Positions 1-13,110 of a DNA stretch of 64,000 nt are shown piece by piece. Below the pieces are notes generated by a model. That model was not told the origin of the DNA and ran no database searches. It saw only the letters and a list, made by a program, of their open reading frames with translations. Within the stretch, counting starts at the first letter, position 1. Each line of letters starts with the position of its first letter. The stretch is from assembly GCF_009914755.1 (NCBI RefSeq), contig NC_060929.1; one strand, given 5' to 3'. Made by a program: the position numbers and the translations under genes. Source of the DNA: the human T2T-CHM13v2.0 reference genome, Homo sapiens.

Positions 1-840
1 AACACTCAACTTCTCAGGTAATACTTTGGAGGTATAACTGCATGTAGTTGGGATGTTGTAATGGTATGAGTGTTTTATGTATTGATGCTTTGTGCTTTGA
101 ACCGGTTTCTTCCAACAAGCTGTTGTGTTGCCTGCCCTTGGAATAATGCAGTTTCTTCATGAATAAGTCACATTAAACATGCACAGGAATTTTTTTTAGC
201 AACATCAACTGTGATATTATTATAATCTTAAAGGAGGAGTGGCAATTTGTGAACAACAACTTTGGCAAAAGGCCTTGTGAAAAATTGAGAATCACTTGTT
301 TATTATTGTTCTTTTAAATCCTCTCAAGTCTCTGCCAAAAAGAGACTTAAATATTTGTTGCATCCAGTAAATATCTGTTGAATAAATGAGTGAATGAATT
401 ATAGAAGGCAGCATTATAGATTGATTGATACACCACAGTTGAAATGGACAACAGTGTATCCTGTGCATTGACTAAACTGGACCATTGACCAATTCTTGAA
501 TGTTTCCAGCACCTTCCCACCCCATGCTTTTGGTCACTCCATTTCTTTAATCTGTAATGTCCTTTCCATCTCTGTGTATCAAAATTCTACCCAGCCATTG
601 GACTAGATCAAAAGCTATTTTTTTCTCCATTTCTCCTGAAGCCTTTGTGGCTTTTTCCATTGCCAGAGCTGGAAATGACTATATCTCAAAAAGTTCCCAT
701 TGCTCATGTCTTTTTTGGTACTTAGTATATTTTCCTTGGAGAGCACATACATTATTATTTCCTGGTAAAGCATATGCATTATATATTTCTCTTTAGAATG
801 TAAGTTCTCAAAGAACAGACTGTACTGTATTCATCTTTGC

Positions 841-841
<1 letters not shown>

Positions 842-874
<33 letters not shown>
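842..874. repeat. (CA)n microsatellite
   Basis: Perfect AC dinucleotide run. Confidence 0.97.
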
Positions 875-877
<3 letters not shown>

Positions 878-1299
878 ATTTTAGCAGGGTGTTACATCTG
901 CTAATTTCTCAACCTATTTTGTTGAATTAATTAGGTTATAGGGATTTAACTATTCTTTCTATATTGTAATACCTATAGTTAAAATTCTTATCCTTCATAA
1001 AATTTTTCAAAAAGGTGCTGACAAATAGGAAAAACATTGAAATTTGATTTTCTTTGACAATTTAAAGCCTCTGATAGAAATACAAACAACTAGTAGAATG
1101 GACAAGGCCTTGAGAGAATTAAGTTTTTAAAAGACACAGAGCAGATAAACTTGTTTTGATTAGTTAGGGATGAACAGAATCACTACGAGAATCATTGATA
1201 CTTACTCTAAAAATCTAGTGAGCTAATATAGCATTTTTCTTCAGAGGAGGGCAAAATGTTAATTTTTTGAAGTTTTCTGCTTTGGAATTGAGCACGTGT

Positions 1300-3400
1300 C
1301 TCTTCAGTAGTGTCCAGATTTTTTCATAACGTTGCAAATCAAAACAACGATGTCAAAACAATCCTAGAATTATTTCTAGACCCAGTAATGGAACTGACAA
1401 TAAGTATCAGGGGTTTGCCTGGGTTGGGGGTGGGGCCAGTGTGGAATGCGTTATTTCTCCCTTACTGTCATTCCAGGCAGTTGCCAATTTGGGCTGATTA
1501 TTTATAGATGACTCTGCAGTGTGACAGGCAGTTCTCCAAGTGAAGCCTCAGGCAGTGAGGTCCTGAGGAAATAGGAAAGACCTGCACATTCCATAGAGCA
1601 ATGGGGAAGGAACTGCGGGGCAGCCAGAAGCAGTCTTCCCCCAGAGCCCCCTCCTTGTTTTTTCCTTTTAACACAAATGTTCCCGGGGGGTTGCAAAACA
1701 CTGATTCCTTTTAAAAGGTGTTATAGTAAATTCCCTAGTGGAAGCCTCCTTCCCTACAGAGACAAGCATTAGAGCCCTCAGAAATCTGGGTTACTGACTT
1801 GGAAACCAAATAATTGGGGATAAATGAATGGACGAGAGTAAAGAGGCTCCACATAAAAGGAATCCCTTCCGACAGCATCTTTCATGCTGGGGGACATTAG
1901 GATGCCAATAGACGCAGCCCATGGGTTTGGGTTGCCAGGTAACCAGGGTACCCGCAGATTTCCATTTTTACTTTATTTCCGATTCAGGAAAGCCTCGTTT
2001 CATACAGAGGAAGGGAAGAACACCTCTCCCCCACCCCGCTTATTTAGGTCTAACTAATAACATTCACCTGTTGGTAGCTAAAATGTTTCAGAGGACGCAG
2101 TTGTTTTTAAACATTTAAGCTGTTAGAAAATCAACAGGAAACATCGGGATGAAAACGGGAGGGTGGTAACGTAAAGGGCAGCGGTGTTCCTGCTTGGTAT
2201 TCAGGCAGCCAGTGGAAAAACCCCACGCGTCCCCCCTGGGGTTTCTCAGTTGGCCTGAGCGCATTAATCCTGCTTCAACAATTCAAGCTCTTCTGCCTCC
2301 TTGCTGTGAATTTCCTTGCCTCTAGAAAACATTCATGACATATTGAGGAGACTCACCCCATTTGCTTGCTTTTGTTTCTTTAAAAGGTTATTGGTAACCC
2401 ATTCTTTTCTAATAAAAATAATCAGCCTTTTATGTGTAATTTTGCAATGCAATAAAACCAAACAGAACATTCTCCACTCCAATCCTGTCAAGCAATATGG
2501 GGCTAAGTAGTTTTCTTCCCGTTTGATAGAAAAGCAGCCGAATTGAAGAACATCTGAAATTCAATGGAACAAAGGCTAAATAAGCCTGCAGCCCAACATG
2601 TGGTTAGAAATGATCTGTTTGGATAGTGTTTATGTCTCTTGAAAATATAGCTGGGTGTGTAAGTGTGTGAGTGTGTGTGTACTGTTGGTGTTTTGTCGTG
2701 TTTATCCATCTGGACCCTGGACAGGAAGCTTGCCAAATTGTCCCTTTAGTGCGGCAATGTGCCCTTTAGTGTGGCAATCGGGTTGAGGCTGAGCTGTTTA
2801 AGGCTTATCAGCCACAACACTAATATTTTTCTTCTAAGGCAGATAAAAGTCTAGGAAGACTTACTGGGAAGTTTCCACAATTCTGGGTGTTGAGTATGAG
2901 TGGTGCTGGAAAGACAGATCTTCAATCTGCAGTCTTTTCACACTGCCGGCCTAGGAAGTTTTTGTCTTTAAAATCTGTCATTTTTCCAAGCTCTTACGAA
3001 TGAAGGCCAAAGCAAAATGAGCCTTGGTCTGGCTGACAACTGTCATTAGCACTTTGAATAATTAACCCCCGACAGATCAATGAGATGATTTTCCATCAGA
3101 AAAACTTGGACATTTAAAAGATTGAACTAAAATGAGCAGAGTACAATAGTTTAGTGCAATTCCTAAAGTTGCTAATAATCTATAAAAGTAATTTTGGTTG
3201 AATTAGTAAAGCCTGCTAGCAGACTATTAACCCTAGTGTTTGCATGTTTTCAGATGCCTTTAGTTGCTGAGTCTTCAATGTTAGAGATGCTGTTTGGGTT
3301 AGTTATACATTACTCAAGGAAAACCAACAGTGCATATTCATGGTCTGAAATTACAGTACATTATAAAATGTTATTTCTTCCCTAACATTTCTATACAGTT
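1300..3400. promoter_or_regulatory. Largely repeat-free segment, candidate cis-regulatory region
   Basis: No recognisable interspersed repeat and more retained CpGs than the flanks. Clustered motifs include TGACAACTGTCA (3034-3045), TAATTA, GATA and GGAAGT. Motif inference only. Confidence 0.35.
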
Positions 3401-5067
3401 GAAATCTGGGCAAGATGAGCATCAAGGGTAATGCTGAAGGGAAAAAGATGCCACACAAAAAAGCAAAAAAAAGTTCTGAAATGGTATTTGGGCAGGGCTG
3501 GCTGCATTCCATAGTCTTCTAGGAGAAGGAGAGGAAAAGAAAATAATTGTGGTTATTTTTATGTGTTTATGTGTATTTGCATACATATACATATTTGTTT
3601 GCAGGCATAAATATGAATATGTAAGCACATGTACAAACCTCATTTTTAGCGTGAAGGAATACCACTACATTCTCCTCCAGTTCTCTTTCATAGTTTGGAT
3701 GCCACTGAATCTAGGCAACTGGAGTCACCCCAGTTGGTCCTACTGCAGGAATGTGTGTCTGTGGAATAGTCAGGAAGAGTAGGAGATGTACTTTTCGGCA
3801 TGTAGCATATCCTCAATAAAGGTGTGATTTTTCTGAATTATGAGTGAGAAGGGAGGGGTGGGGAGAAGAGAAGCAGGAGAGCCAAAGCATAAGCTACTGT
3901 TCTGATAAAAAGTGAAAATATTGGCCCACAGGGAGTGAAAATGCTGGAACTAGGATTTGCAGATCCAGAGACTAAAACGTGACTTTAAATCAGACTGACT
4001 GCATCTGCCCATTTTGATGGTGAAGACCCCGTGGGAAAGACTTTTTGATAAATGAACAGGCATTAGTCTTATGACATTTCTCCAACATCCTGCAGTCATC
4101 TTGATGGCCACACCTCACTTTTCTTTACTGTCTGCTACTCCTTTGCTTCACTAAAAGCAGAAAAGGTGAATAATTTTCATTCCAAGGTGAGTTCAATTTA
4201 AAGTCTCTCCTCTCCTTTTTGAGCTCCAATCAGCAGGGAAATGATTTTATTTAGAATAATTATTAGAAGAATTATTCATAATTCTTCAGAAAGCCAATTT
4301 CATAGCATGTAAATGTTGAGTGCAGGCTGTCAGATCCAGTTATGCTGTGACTCCCAAGGATCCTTTCAAGGTTGTGTCCAGTAGCAGGATTTATGTCACA
4401 GGACGTTTTTGTCTTATTTATATGTATTACATTGTTTATGCTGCTAAGTTGCAAAAATGGTATTTACTTTCTAGTGATTTACAGTATCTTGCCCTTTTAA
4501 AGCAAGCTCTGGTTTTGGTGTAATGTGAGGTTTTGTTTAGGAATAAAATCATGTGGCCTGGAAGAAGTAAAGATGTCTACAGTACTTTGATTTGGTTTAC
4601 TGTCATGTCTGGTTTCCTCAGCAGGCTCTTGGTCAAAGTATGCATGGGGTGGTGGATGGAAGCTGAAGAAAAGTGATAATGGAATGTAATTTGTCCTTGT
4701 TTCCCAATGACTTGGATGGATGTCAGCAAGTTCTTTCCTAATGGAAAAAAGATGGCTGAACCATCAAGCTTTTAGGAGTGCTTTAAATCATTGATCTGTT
4801 CTTCCTAAGAAATTATGTCCCACAGGTGCCTACAAATGGGGAGGAAACAATGGGGGGCAACTTACCACTTATCTCCTCTATTCACATGCTCACAGAGAGG
4901 GCAATTTGCGAATCAGTTCTATGTGTGCTCTTGAATAGATAGGATTGGGTCATACCCCTCATGAGTATTCAGGAGGGAATTGGAGGAGAGTTTGAGAGCC
5001 TATATCTTAGGAAGTTTAAAATGTTTCAAAAAAATCACAAAATTGTTGCATCAGAAATTACCACTTT

Positions 5068-5376
<309 letters not shown>

Positions 5377-6369
5377 CAGAAATGACCACCTTGAAAATTG
5401 TCTGTGAGGTATCAGAGAAAGTATTATGGCCTTTCCTGCTTAGAGGCACAAGAAACTGTGGAAACCAATGTATATGGCTGCTGAGCTTCAAAGAAAATTG
5501 CTGTCAATAAGTGCCATGTGCATCAATTATGAAATCATAACATGTCTGAAGTGGAAGAGACCTTTCGAATCATTTAACCTAGCTCTTTCATTCTACTCTT
5601 GAGGAAATTTAAATCTTATGCCAATTGGGGTAAATTTGTTTTCCACTTCTTATAAATCTGGTTCAATTACAGGAAATGAGAGCACATACTTTAAGTGCCT
5701 TTCAGCATCTGAGTGTAGCTTCTCAGATTGTTGAAAGTAGAAAGGAATGTGGCGGATCTCTTTCTAGAGATTCAGTGCACGAAATATTTCTTTGCAAGAG
5801 TTATTGGTCAATTGTAAACTAATTAATCAGTGTTTCCCATAGATCCTTAGTATTTCTTCATCCACTTCCCTTCCCTCAAAAGAAAAAAAGGAGGGTCTAT
5901 ATTATAGTTTTTTTTTATGCTTAGAATAGGAAGGTATCAATTTTTAATAAAAATAATATTATATTTTATCAAAAATTGTTTTTTTGTCTCATGACAGCTA
6001 TCTAGAGAGATTTCAAAGTCTTAACTTGAGTACATGTAGTAATTGGGAGGTATTATTAGGTTAATTAGAAGCTGTGCCTCTTAATGACCCAAAATTATTC
6101 AGGAGAAAAAAATTATAAGAGAAGAGAGAGTACAGGGAGAGAATTGTCGTCTCTCAAAGCTTTTCTCCTTTGAAAGTCATATTATTGTTATAGCAATATT
6201 TGCTTATGCTCTTGTTGGAAATTTTCATTATGCCTGCTTTGTTTCAGCTGTATTAAGTGAATAGTGATGGATTTATCAAAATATTTTCTGTTCATTGACT
6301 AAAAGCTAAAATATTAATACAAACCAGTTTGGACCCTGACATTAGTTAATGCAGCTCCTCGAAATCTAG

Positions 6370-6950
6370 TCCTCTCCAGTACTCTTTCTCCCTCTGATAC
6401 TGAATGGCTTCTTCTGGTCCCCATTGCTGGATCCTCTTCTGCCTACTCCTGTTGTGTTGCTAGACCTGGGTGCTGTGTGCATGATTTAGCACTTTCCTGG
6501 TCTACACCTTTGTCATGAGCTCCTGCTGCGTCACCAGCCTCTCAGACTCTACCTAAATTGAATTTATTATATTCCTCCCCAACTTGCCCAAATCTGTTCC
6601 TAATTTCTGTAAATGGCCACAAAGTCCTCTAAGCTAGAAATAGATTCATCAACTTTGACTCTTCCCTCTCCCTCATACTGCAAATCCATTCAGTCATCAA
6701 ATCCTGTAGATTCTATCTCCATAACTCTTTTAAATCTATCTCCTCCTTTTCAATTCTGCCAGTGCTCCTGTTGATCCCTTGTTCTATTTTTGACCCATGC
6801 TGCTTAGGCTACTTCAATCTCTGGCAACTCACTCAGGGCATCAGGAGCAGGAATATTTCTCTTTCTCTGTCTTTGGTTTCTTCCATGCAGGGAAACCAAC
6901 TAGTACACTAAGCATGGTATTGTGGATACGGTTTGTTATATATGTTGAAT
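6370..6950 (+). mobile_element. L2 LINE fragments (degenerate)
   Basis: Typical L2 3' motifs (ttgactcttccctctccctc...atccattcagtcatcaaatcctgtagattcta). Boundaries approximate. Confidence 0.6.
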
Positions 6951-7176
6951 GGATTGGAATCCTTTATAGAATCAACAGAGCTACAGTGCCTCAAAACTTC
7001 TCGAACACATTGACAGTTTCCATCTGGGACTCTCCTGGTAGTCTTACAGAGTCACCTACTTGTATATAATATTCTATTTCTAATTTCTTATATTTTCATA
7101 TTTAACAAATGATGTGGCTTGGTGATCCATGCATCCTTTATTGGCACCTACTTAGCTGTTCCTTGGTCATACCCTC

Positions 7177-8761
7177 TGTATTAGTTCATTTTCATACGGC
7201 TGTGAAGAAATACCTGAGAGTGGGTAATTTATAAAGAAAAAGAGGCTTAATGGACTCAAAGTTCCATATGGTTGGGGAGGAGTCACAATCATGGTGGAAG
7301 GCAAAGAAGGAGCAAAGGCATGTCTTAAATGGTGGTAGGCATGTGCAGGGGAGCTGCCCTTTATAAAATCATTAGATCTTGTAAGACTTATTCACTATCA
7401 CAAGAACAGTATGGGAAAAAATACACCCTGATGATTCAGTTATCTCCCACTGGGTCCCTCCTATGACATGTGGGGATTATGGGAGTTACAATTCAAGATG
7501 AAATTTGGGTGGGGACAGAGCCAAACCATATCATTTTGCTCCTGGCCCATCTGAACTCTCATGTCCTCACATTTAAAAACCAATCATGCCTTCCAAATAG
7601 TCCCCCAAAGTCTTAACTCATTTCAGCATTAACTCAGAAGTCCACAGTCCAAAGTCTCATTGGAGACAAGGCAAATCCCTTCTACCTATGAGCCTGTAAA
7701 ATCAAAAGCAAGCCAGTTAGTTCCTAGATACAATGGGGGTACAGGCATTGGGTAAATATACCTGTTCCCAATGGGAGAAATTGACTGAAATGAAAGGGCT
7801 ACAGGTCCCATGCAAGTCTGAAAACCGGTAGGGTAGTTATTAAACCTTAAAGTTCCAAAATGATCTCCATTGACTCCATGTCTCACATCCAGGTAACACT
7901 GATGCAAGAAGTGGGCTCCCATGGCCTTGGACAGCTCTGCCCCTGTGGCTTTGCAGGGTATAGCCCACCTCCTGGCTGCTTTCATGGGCTGTTGTTGAGT
8001 GTCTGCAGTTTTTCCAGGTGCATGGTGCAAGCTGTCAGTGAATCTGCTGTACTGTGGTCTGAGGACAGTGGCCGTCTTCTCACAGCTCCACTAGGCAGTG
8101 CCCCCATGGGGACTCTGTGTGAGGGCTCTGACCCTACATTTTCCTTCCACATTGCCCCAGCAGAGGTTCTCCATGAGGGCTCTGCCCCTGCAGCACACCT
8201 CTGCCTGGACATCCAGGCATTTCCATACATCCTGTGAAATCTAGGCGGAGGTTCCCAAACTTCAATTCTTGTCTTTTGTGCACCGGCAGTCCAAACACCA
8301 CATGGAAGCTGCTAAAGTTTGAAGCTTGCACCCTCTGAAGCAATGGCTTGAGCTATACCTTGGTCCCTTTAGCCATGGCTGGAGTGGCTGGAACACAGGG
8401 CACTAAGTCCCCAGGCTGCACACAGGAGGGGGGCCCTGGACCCAGCCAAGGAAACCATTTTTTCCCTCCTATGCCTCAGGGCCTGTGATGGGAGGGTCTG
8501 CTGTGAAGGTCTTTGACATGGCCTGGAGACATTTTCCCCATTGTCTTGGTGATTAACATTTCTCTCCTCATTACTTATGCAAATTTCTGCAGCCAGCTTG
8601 AATTTCTCCCCAGAAAGTGGGGTTTCTTTTCTATCACATCATCAGGCTACAATTTTCCAAACTTTTATGCTCTGCTTCCTCTTGAACTCTTTGCCACTTA
8701 GAAATTTCTTCCACCAGATACTCTAAATCATCTCTCTCAAGTTCAAAGTTCCACAGATCTC
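7177..8761 (-). mobile_element. THE1 (MaLR) LTR 7177-7533 plus truncated THE1-int 7534-8761; second LTR missing
   Basis: LTR reads tgtattag...ccaaaccatatca (reverse of TGATATGG...CTAATACA). The internal part matches the MST-int at 13898-15443. ORFs between 7686 and 8343 are MaLR-internal remnants. Confidence 0.92.
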
Positions 8762-9129
8762 CATTGTCTTCTGGGAGCCTTTGAGACCTCCCTGCACCTG
8801 CTTCTCCCACAGTAGAGTTGTCCACTCTAAGTCCCCACTATACTTCACATGTTTCTCAGTAGCATTAGGTAATACCATCATCGAACTTAACTGAAGCTCA
8901 CCTTAGAAAGCCCCTGGGTTCCAGGCTCCATTCTAAGCACTTTACATAAACCACTTGCTTGGTTACGTATCCGTCTCCCCTATGGGACTGCAAGCCCTTT
9001 AAGGACAGGAAAGTCTTAACAATATTTTAAAGGTTTTTATTTTTAATTATACAAGTAATAGACACAATTAGAGGAGAAATGCCTTTCCCACAACAAATTC
9101 TAACTACTTGCGTCTGTATCAATAGACTC

Positions 9130-10660
9130 TGTTTTCCATCTGCTTTTGTATCTAAGACTGATCCCTCAGCTTGTGCCCTGGTGCCTGCTCTCCCTTTCCT
9201 TTTCAGGGATTACTTTTCTACAATTATTTGCTTTCTTCCTTGCATCTTCTAGTGCAGTGGTAAAGAGCTCATATTGTCAGTTTTCAAATCATAGTTCTAT
9301 AACTTGCTAACAATGTGACTTTAGGCACATTTATTGACTTTTCTTTGTCTCAGTAACTTTGCCACTGAGTCAGTGATACTTTTGACAATTAAACGAGCAG
9401 TACAAGAAAGTATGTGTGCCAGTGCTTGGCACAGTGTAAATGCTGAATAAATGTAAATTAGCATATTATTAAAAATCATTTGCAATTGCATGTAATATGG
9501 CTTGTTATCATGCATTGACAAATATCCTTTGGGTTGATGTTTCCCTCTGGACACTGCCCTATTTTCATCTCTGCTTCATACAAAAATTGCTTTAAAGAGT
9601 TGCCTGTATGCTCTGTGTCATTCTCATTTTCTTTCTCTGCCTAACTCTTTGGAATGGGGCTTTTATCCAAAGCTGTTTACTGAAGCAGCTCTTGTCACGC
9701 TTACGAAGGTCACCAATGATTTATATTATGTCAGAGTCAATTGTCAGTTCTCTCTCCTTGTCCCAGTTGACCTCTCAACAGCAGTTGACATGGTTGATGA
9801 AATGCTTTCTTCTTTAGGCTCCAGTGACCCTGTAAGTCTGTTTTCCCCCACCTTTTGGGCCCCTGTTCCTCAGTCTTACTGCTGGCTTCTGTCCTTTCCT
9901 CTATCAGACCTCTGAAAGTAGAAGTCTATCAGTCTGGTTGTGTTTTTTTCTCTGTCTATGTTCTCATCCTATGTGATCTGACCTAGCTTGAGATAACATT
10001 TATGTGCTGGTAAATCCTCAGATTTATATTGCCAGCGCAAATCTCTTCCTGGGGCTCCTCAACTTAGATATTGAACTGATTATTGGACATTATGACAGGG
10101 ATATCTAATACATATCTTGGATATAGCATTCCCCAAATAGAACTATTAACTCCTGTCCTTCAAAATTGCCCTTCCCCCTAAGTAAATGGCACCACCCTCC
10201 ATACTAGCCTCAAGCTGAGTAATCATCCTGGATTTCTCTCTTATCTTCCTGCCCTATTCAAGTCCCCATCATCTCTCTTTGCATTATAGTCCCTGATGTT
10301 ACTTTTGTACTCCTGCTGTTAATCTTCCTGAGTGATAGTTCTAAAACACATATCAAATCATGTCACCCTTGCTTAAAACACTCTAAAGCTTCTATTATGC
10401 ATAGAATAAAATTCAGTCTCCTTGACATAGTATACAAGGCTTCCCATGTTCTTGTTCTTTCCTAGTTCTGGGACCTCATCTTCTGCTTTCTTGCTTGCTC
10501 TCTTCTCTATAAGTTTACTGGATTTATTTGACCTTCATCATGCCACTCTCATTCCAGTATCAGGGCGTCTGCACTGTTATCCTTCTGTAGGAATGTTCTT
10601 TCCTACAGATCTTAACATGGACGCTTCCTTCCCATCATACAGGTATCAAGTGAAATACAG
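9130..10660 (+). mobile_element. L2 fragments interrupted by a MIR (~9250-9455)
   Basis: L2 motifs (gtcaccaatga..., ttgacctctcaacagcagttgacatggttga) and a MIR core (tgtgactttaggcacatttattgacttttctttgtctcagt). Approximate. Confidence 0.7.
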
Positions 10661-11102
10661 TAATAAGTATTAACAGAATTGCCTATATTTAGAATTCTTA
10701 ATTGTAAAATTCTAGCTCTTTTATTGATCTGTATTTTATTTTTGTAATTGTTAGGAAGTAGAAGTCTAACTTAATTTTATCTTCCAATTCAGTCTTTTGT
10801 TACAATAGCATTTATTTAATAGACAACTATTTTCTCCACTGACTTGAAATGCCAATATCTGACATCTAGACTGCTTGTACAATATTTCTTGTGAAAGAAT
10901 TGTTGAATGTACTTAGGAATCTAGGCCTGGATTTCACAGGATAGCCAGTAATTCCTGTGGATTGTGGTCAAGGTTTACATTTGATTGAAAATTACTCTGC
11001 CTTCACAAAATTTTTATTTTACATTGGCATCATTATCCAGAGAAATTTATTAATGAACAACTATTACTATCTTGTGAATATTACCTTTTATAAGAAATAT
11101 TT

Positions 11103-11411
<309 letters not shown>

Positions 11412-12399
11412 TCAAGTTAAAATCCTAGGGGTTTGAAATTAACTGAAATTCCCTTCATCCTAGTTTTGAGTCTCCTCATTTGTAAAGTAACTTTTATAGC
11501 CCATTTAGCTGCTATCAGTGCTGTAACTGTAGACTTGGGCTTCTTAAAACTTCCTCCCTTATAATTTTTGAATGAAGTCTCCTCATGTACACTGATATCG
11601 AAGATATTCTACAGTTTCCATACTACATTCTTTGGTCTAGAAATTAGAGTGTAGAAATTCAACTGTTTCTAGGGTTTTTGTTTTGTTTATTTTGGAAAAA
11701 CATTTGTCCACATCAAAGGCAGCATTTGTTATTAGCACTTTGAGGTTGTAAAGTTTTCCTCACATCCAACTTTGTTTCCTTTTTACTTCAGTTGCTATGT
11801 TTCTTTTTAAATATATGACCAGAGAAAATGTTGATAATAGTGAATACCTTGGGAGTATACTGGAGTTGTGCAAATTTTACTCTTTTTCTCCTTATTAATG
11901 ATGCAAATTTCTGATCTTTGGAACTGAAATGCAGAAATACCAATGGTTGCTCAAGGTCATTAAAAATAGCATTGTGAATTTGCATTCTATTTGGACAGTT
12001 TCCATATCGAAAGGCTCAAAATGCTCTACTGTGTGACTCGCCTTTTGCCCTCTAAGAAAAAGGTCTAAATATTTTAAATGGAAATAGCAAGGCTATTATG
12101 TAGGAAGTGTGATTATAAAGCAGAATGTCATTTTGATAACAGAAAGCAAGAAAACTCCTGAACAGAGCCTGGCTTCCCTATTCTTAGTGCTAAATAAATA
12201 ATGCATTTTTCAAAGCCTGCATCTTTGGATGCAAATCCAGTTTTTTTGGTGAAGAAGAAAGACATTTCAACTCTATTATTGGTCTTTGGACTGTTTCTGT
12301 TTTCCACCAATTCTGAAATTGCAGTCAATTAGATACTTCTTCTCATGACAGATTGGAAACCAGAAGGGAGCTTTATGAATTCAAACAGAGAAATTTGAG

Positions 12400-13110
12400 C
12401 TAAAATGTCTTTAAAATATTTCTTTACACATTTTCTCTTTAGAATTTACAGAGTACATTAATTTTCTGACATAATTAATGATGAGATGTTATAGGCTTAG
12501 CCTTATGTAAAGTTAATAGTAGGCATGCTTTATTTTTAATCCTTAACTACTTTTAGATTTAAATATTTATTTTAACAATTTGCATTCTGTTATGCAATTG
12601 GTAGACTGGTTGGAATGAGACCTCTTATAACTAGAACCCACATCTCCTTGACTATTAATTCCTAGTTTCTTCAACTTGATCCCTTGTTGAAAATCTATGA
12701 CAGCTAAACTTTTTTGGAGTTTGTAGCACCATTTGGACCTCTTCTAAGTCCATAGTGTGAAAATGATACATTTCTTTTTATGGTTGGGAAAAACTCCCAT
12801 TTCAATATCTTCATTTTGAAATAGACATTTTAAACCCAATAAGTATCAATCTGGGAAGGCAGTGCTCATGTTTGAAACATTTAGTGGATGGGGAATTTGG
12901 TGGACGCTGTTTTGATGCCCTGCCCAGATCTAAAAATGTTTTTGAAATACTTCTTTGCATATTTTCTCCTTAGAATTTACATAGTACATTAATTTTCTGA
13001 TATAATTAATTATGAGATATTTTAGGCTTAGCCTTATGTAAAGCTAATAGTAGGCATGCTTTACTTTGAATCCCTATCTATCTAAAAATTTATATATTTA
13101 TTTTAATCAT
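12400..13110 (+). repeat. Direct ~180-bp local duplication (12400-12578 and 12930-13110)
   Basis: Both copies share ...ttagaatttaca(g/t)agtacattaattttctga...aggcttagccttatgtaaag(t/c)taatagtaggcatgcttta... Confidence 0.92.

Noticed and set aside
7686-8343. ORFs similar to those at 14182-14614, suggesting a duplicated gene
   Set aside because: The similarity is explained by homologous THE1-int and MST-int sequence.
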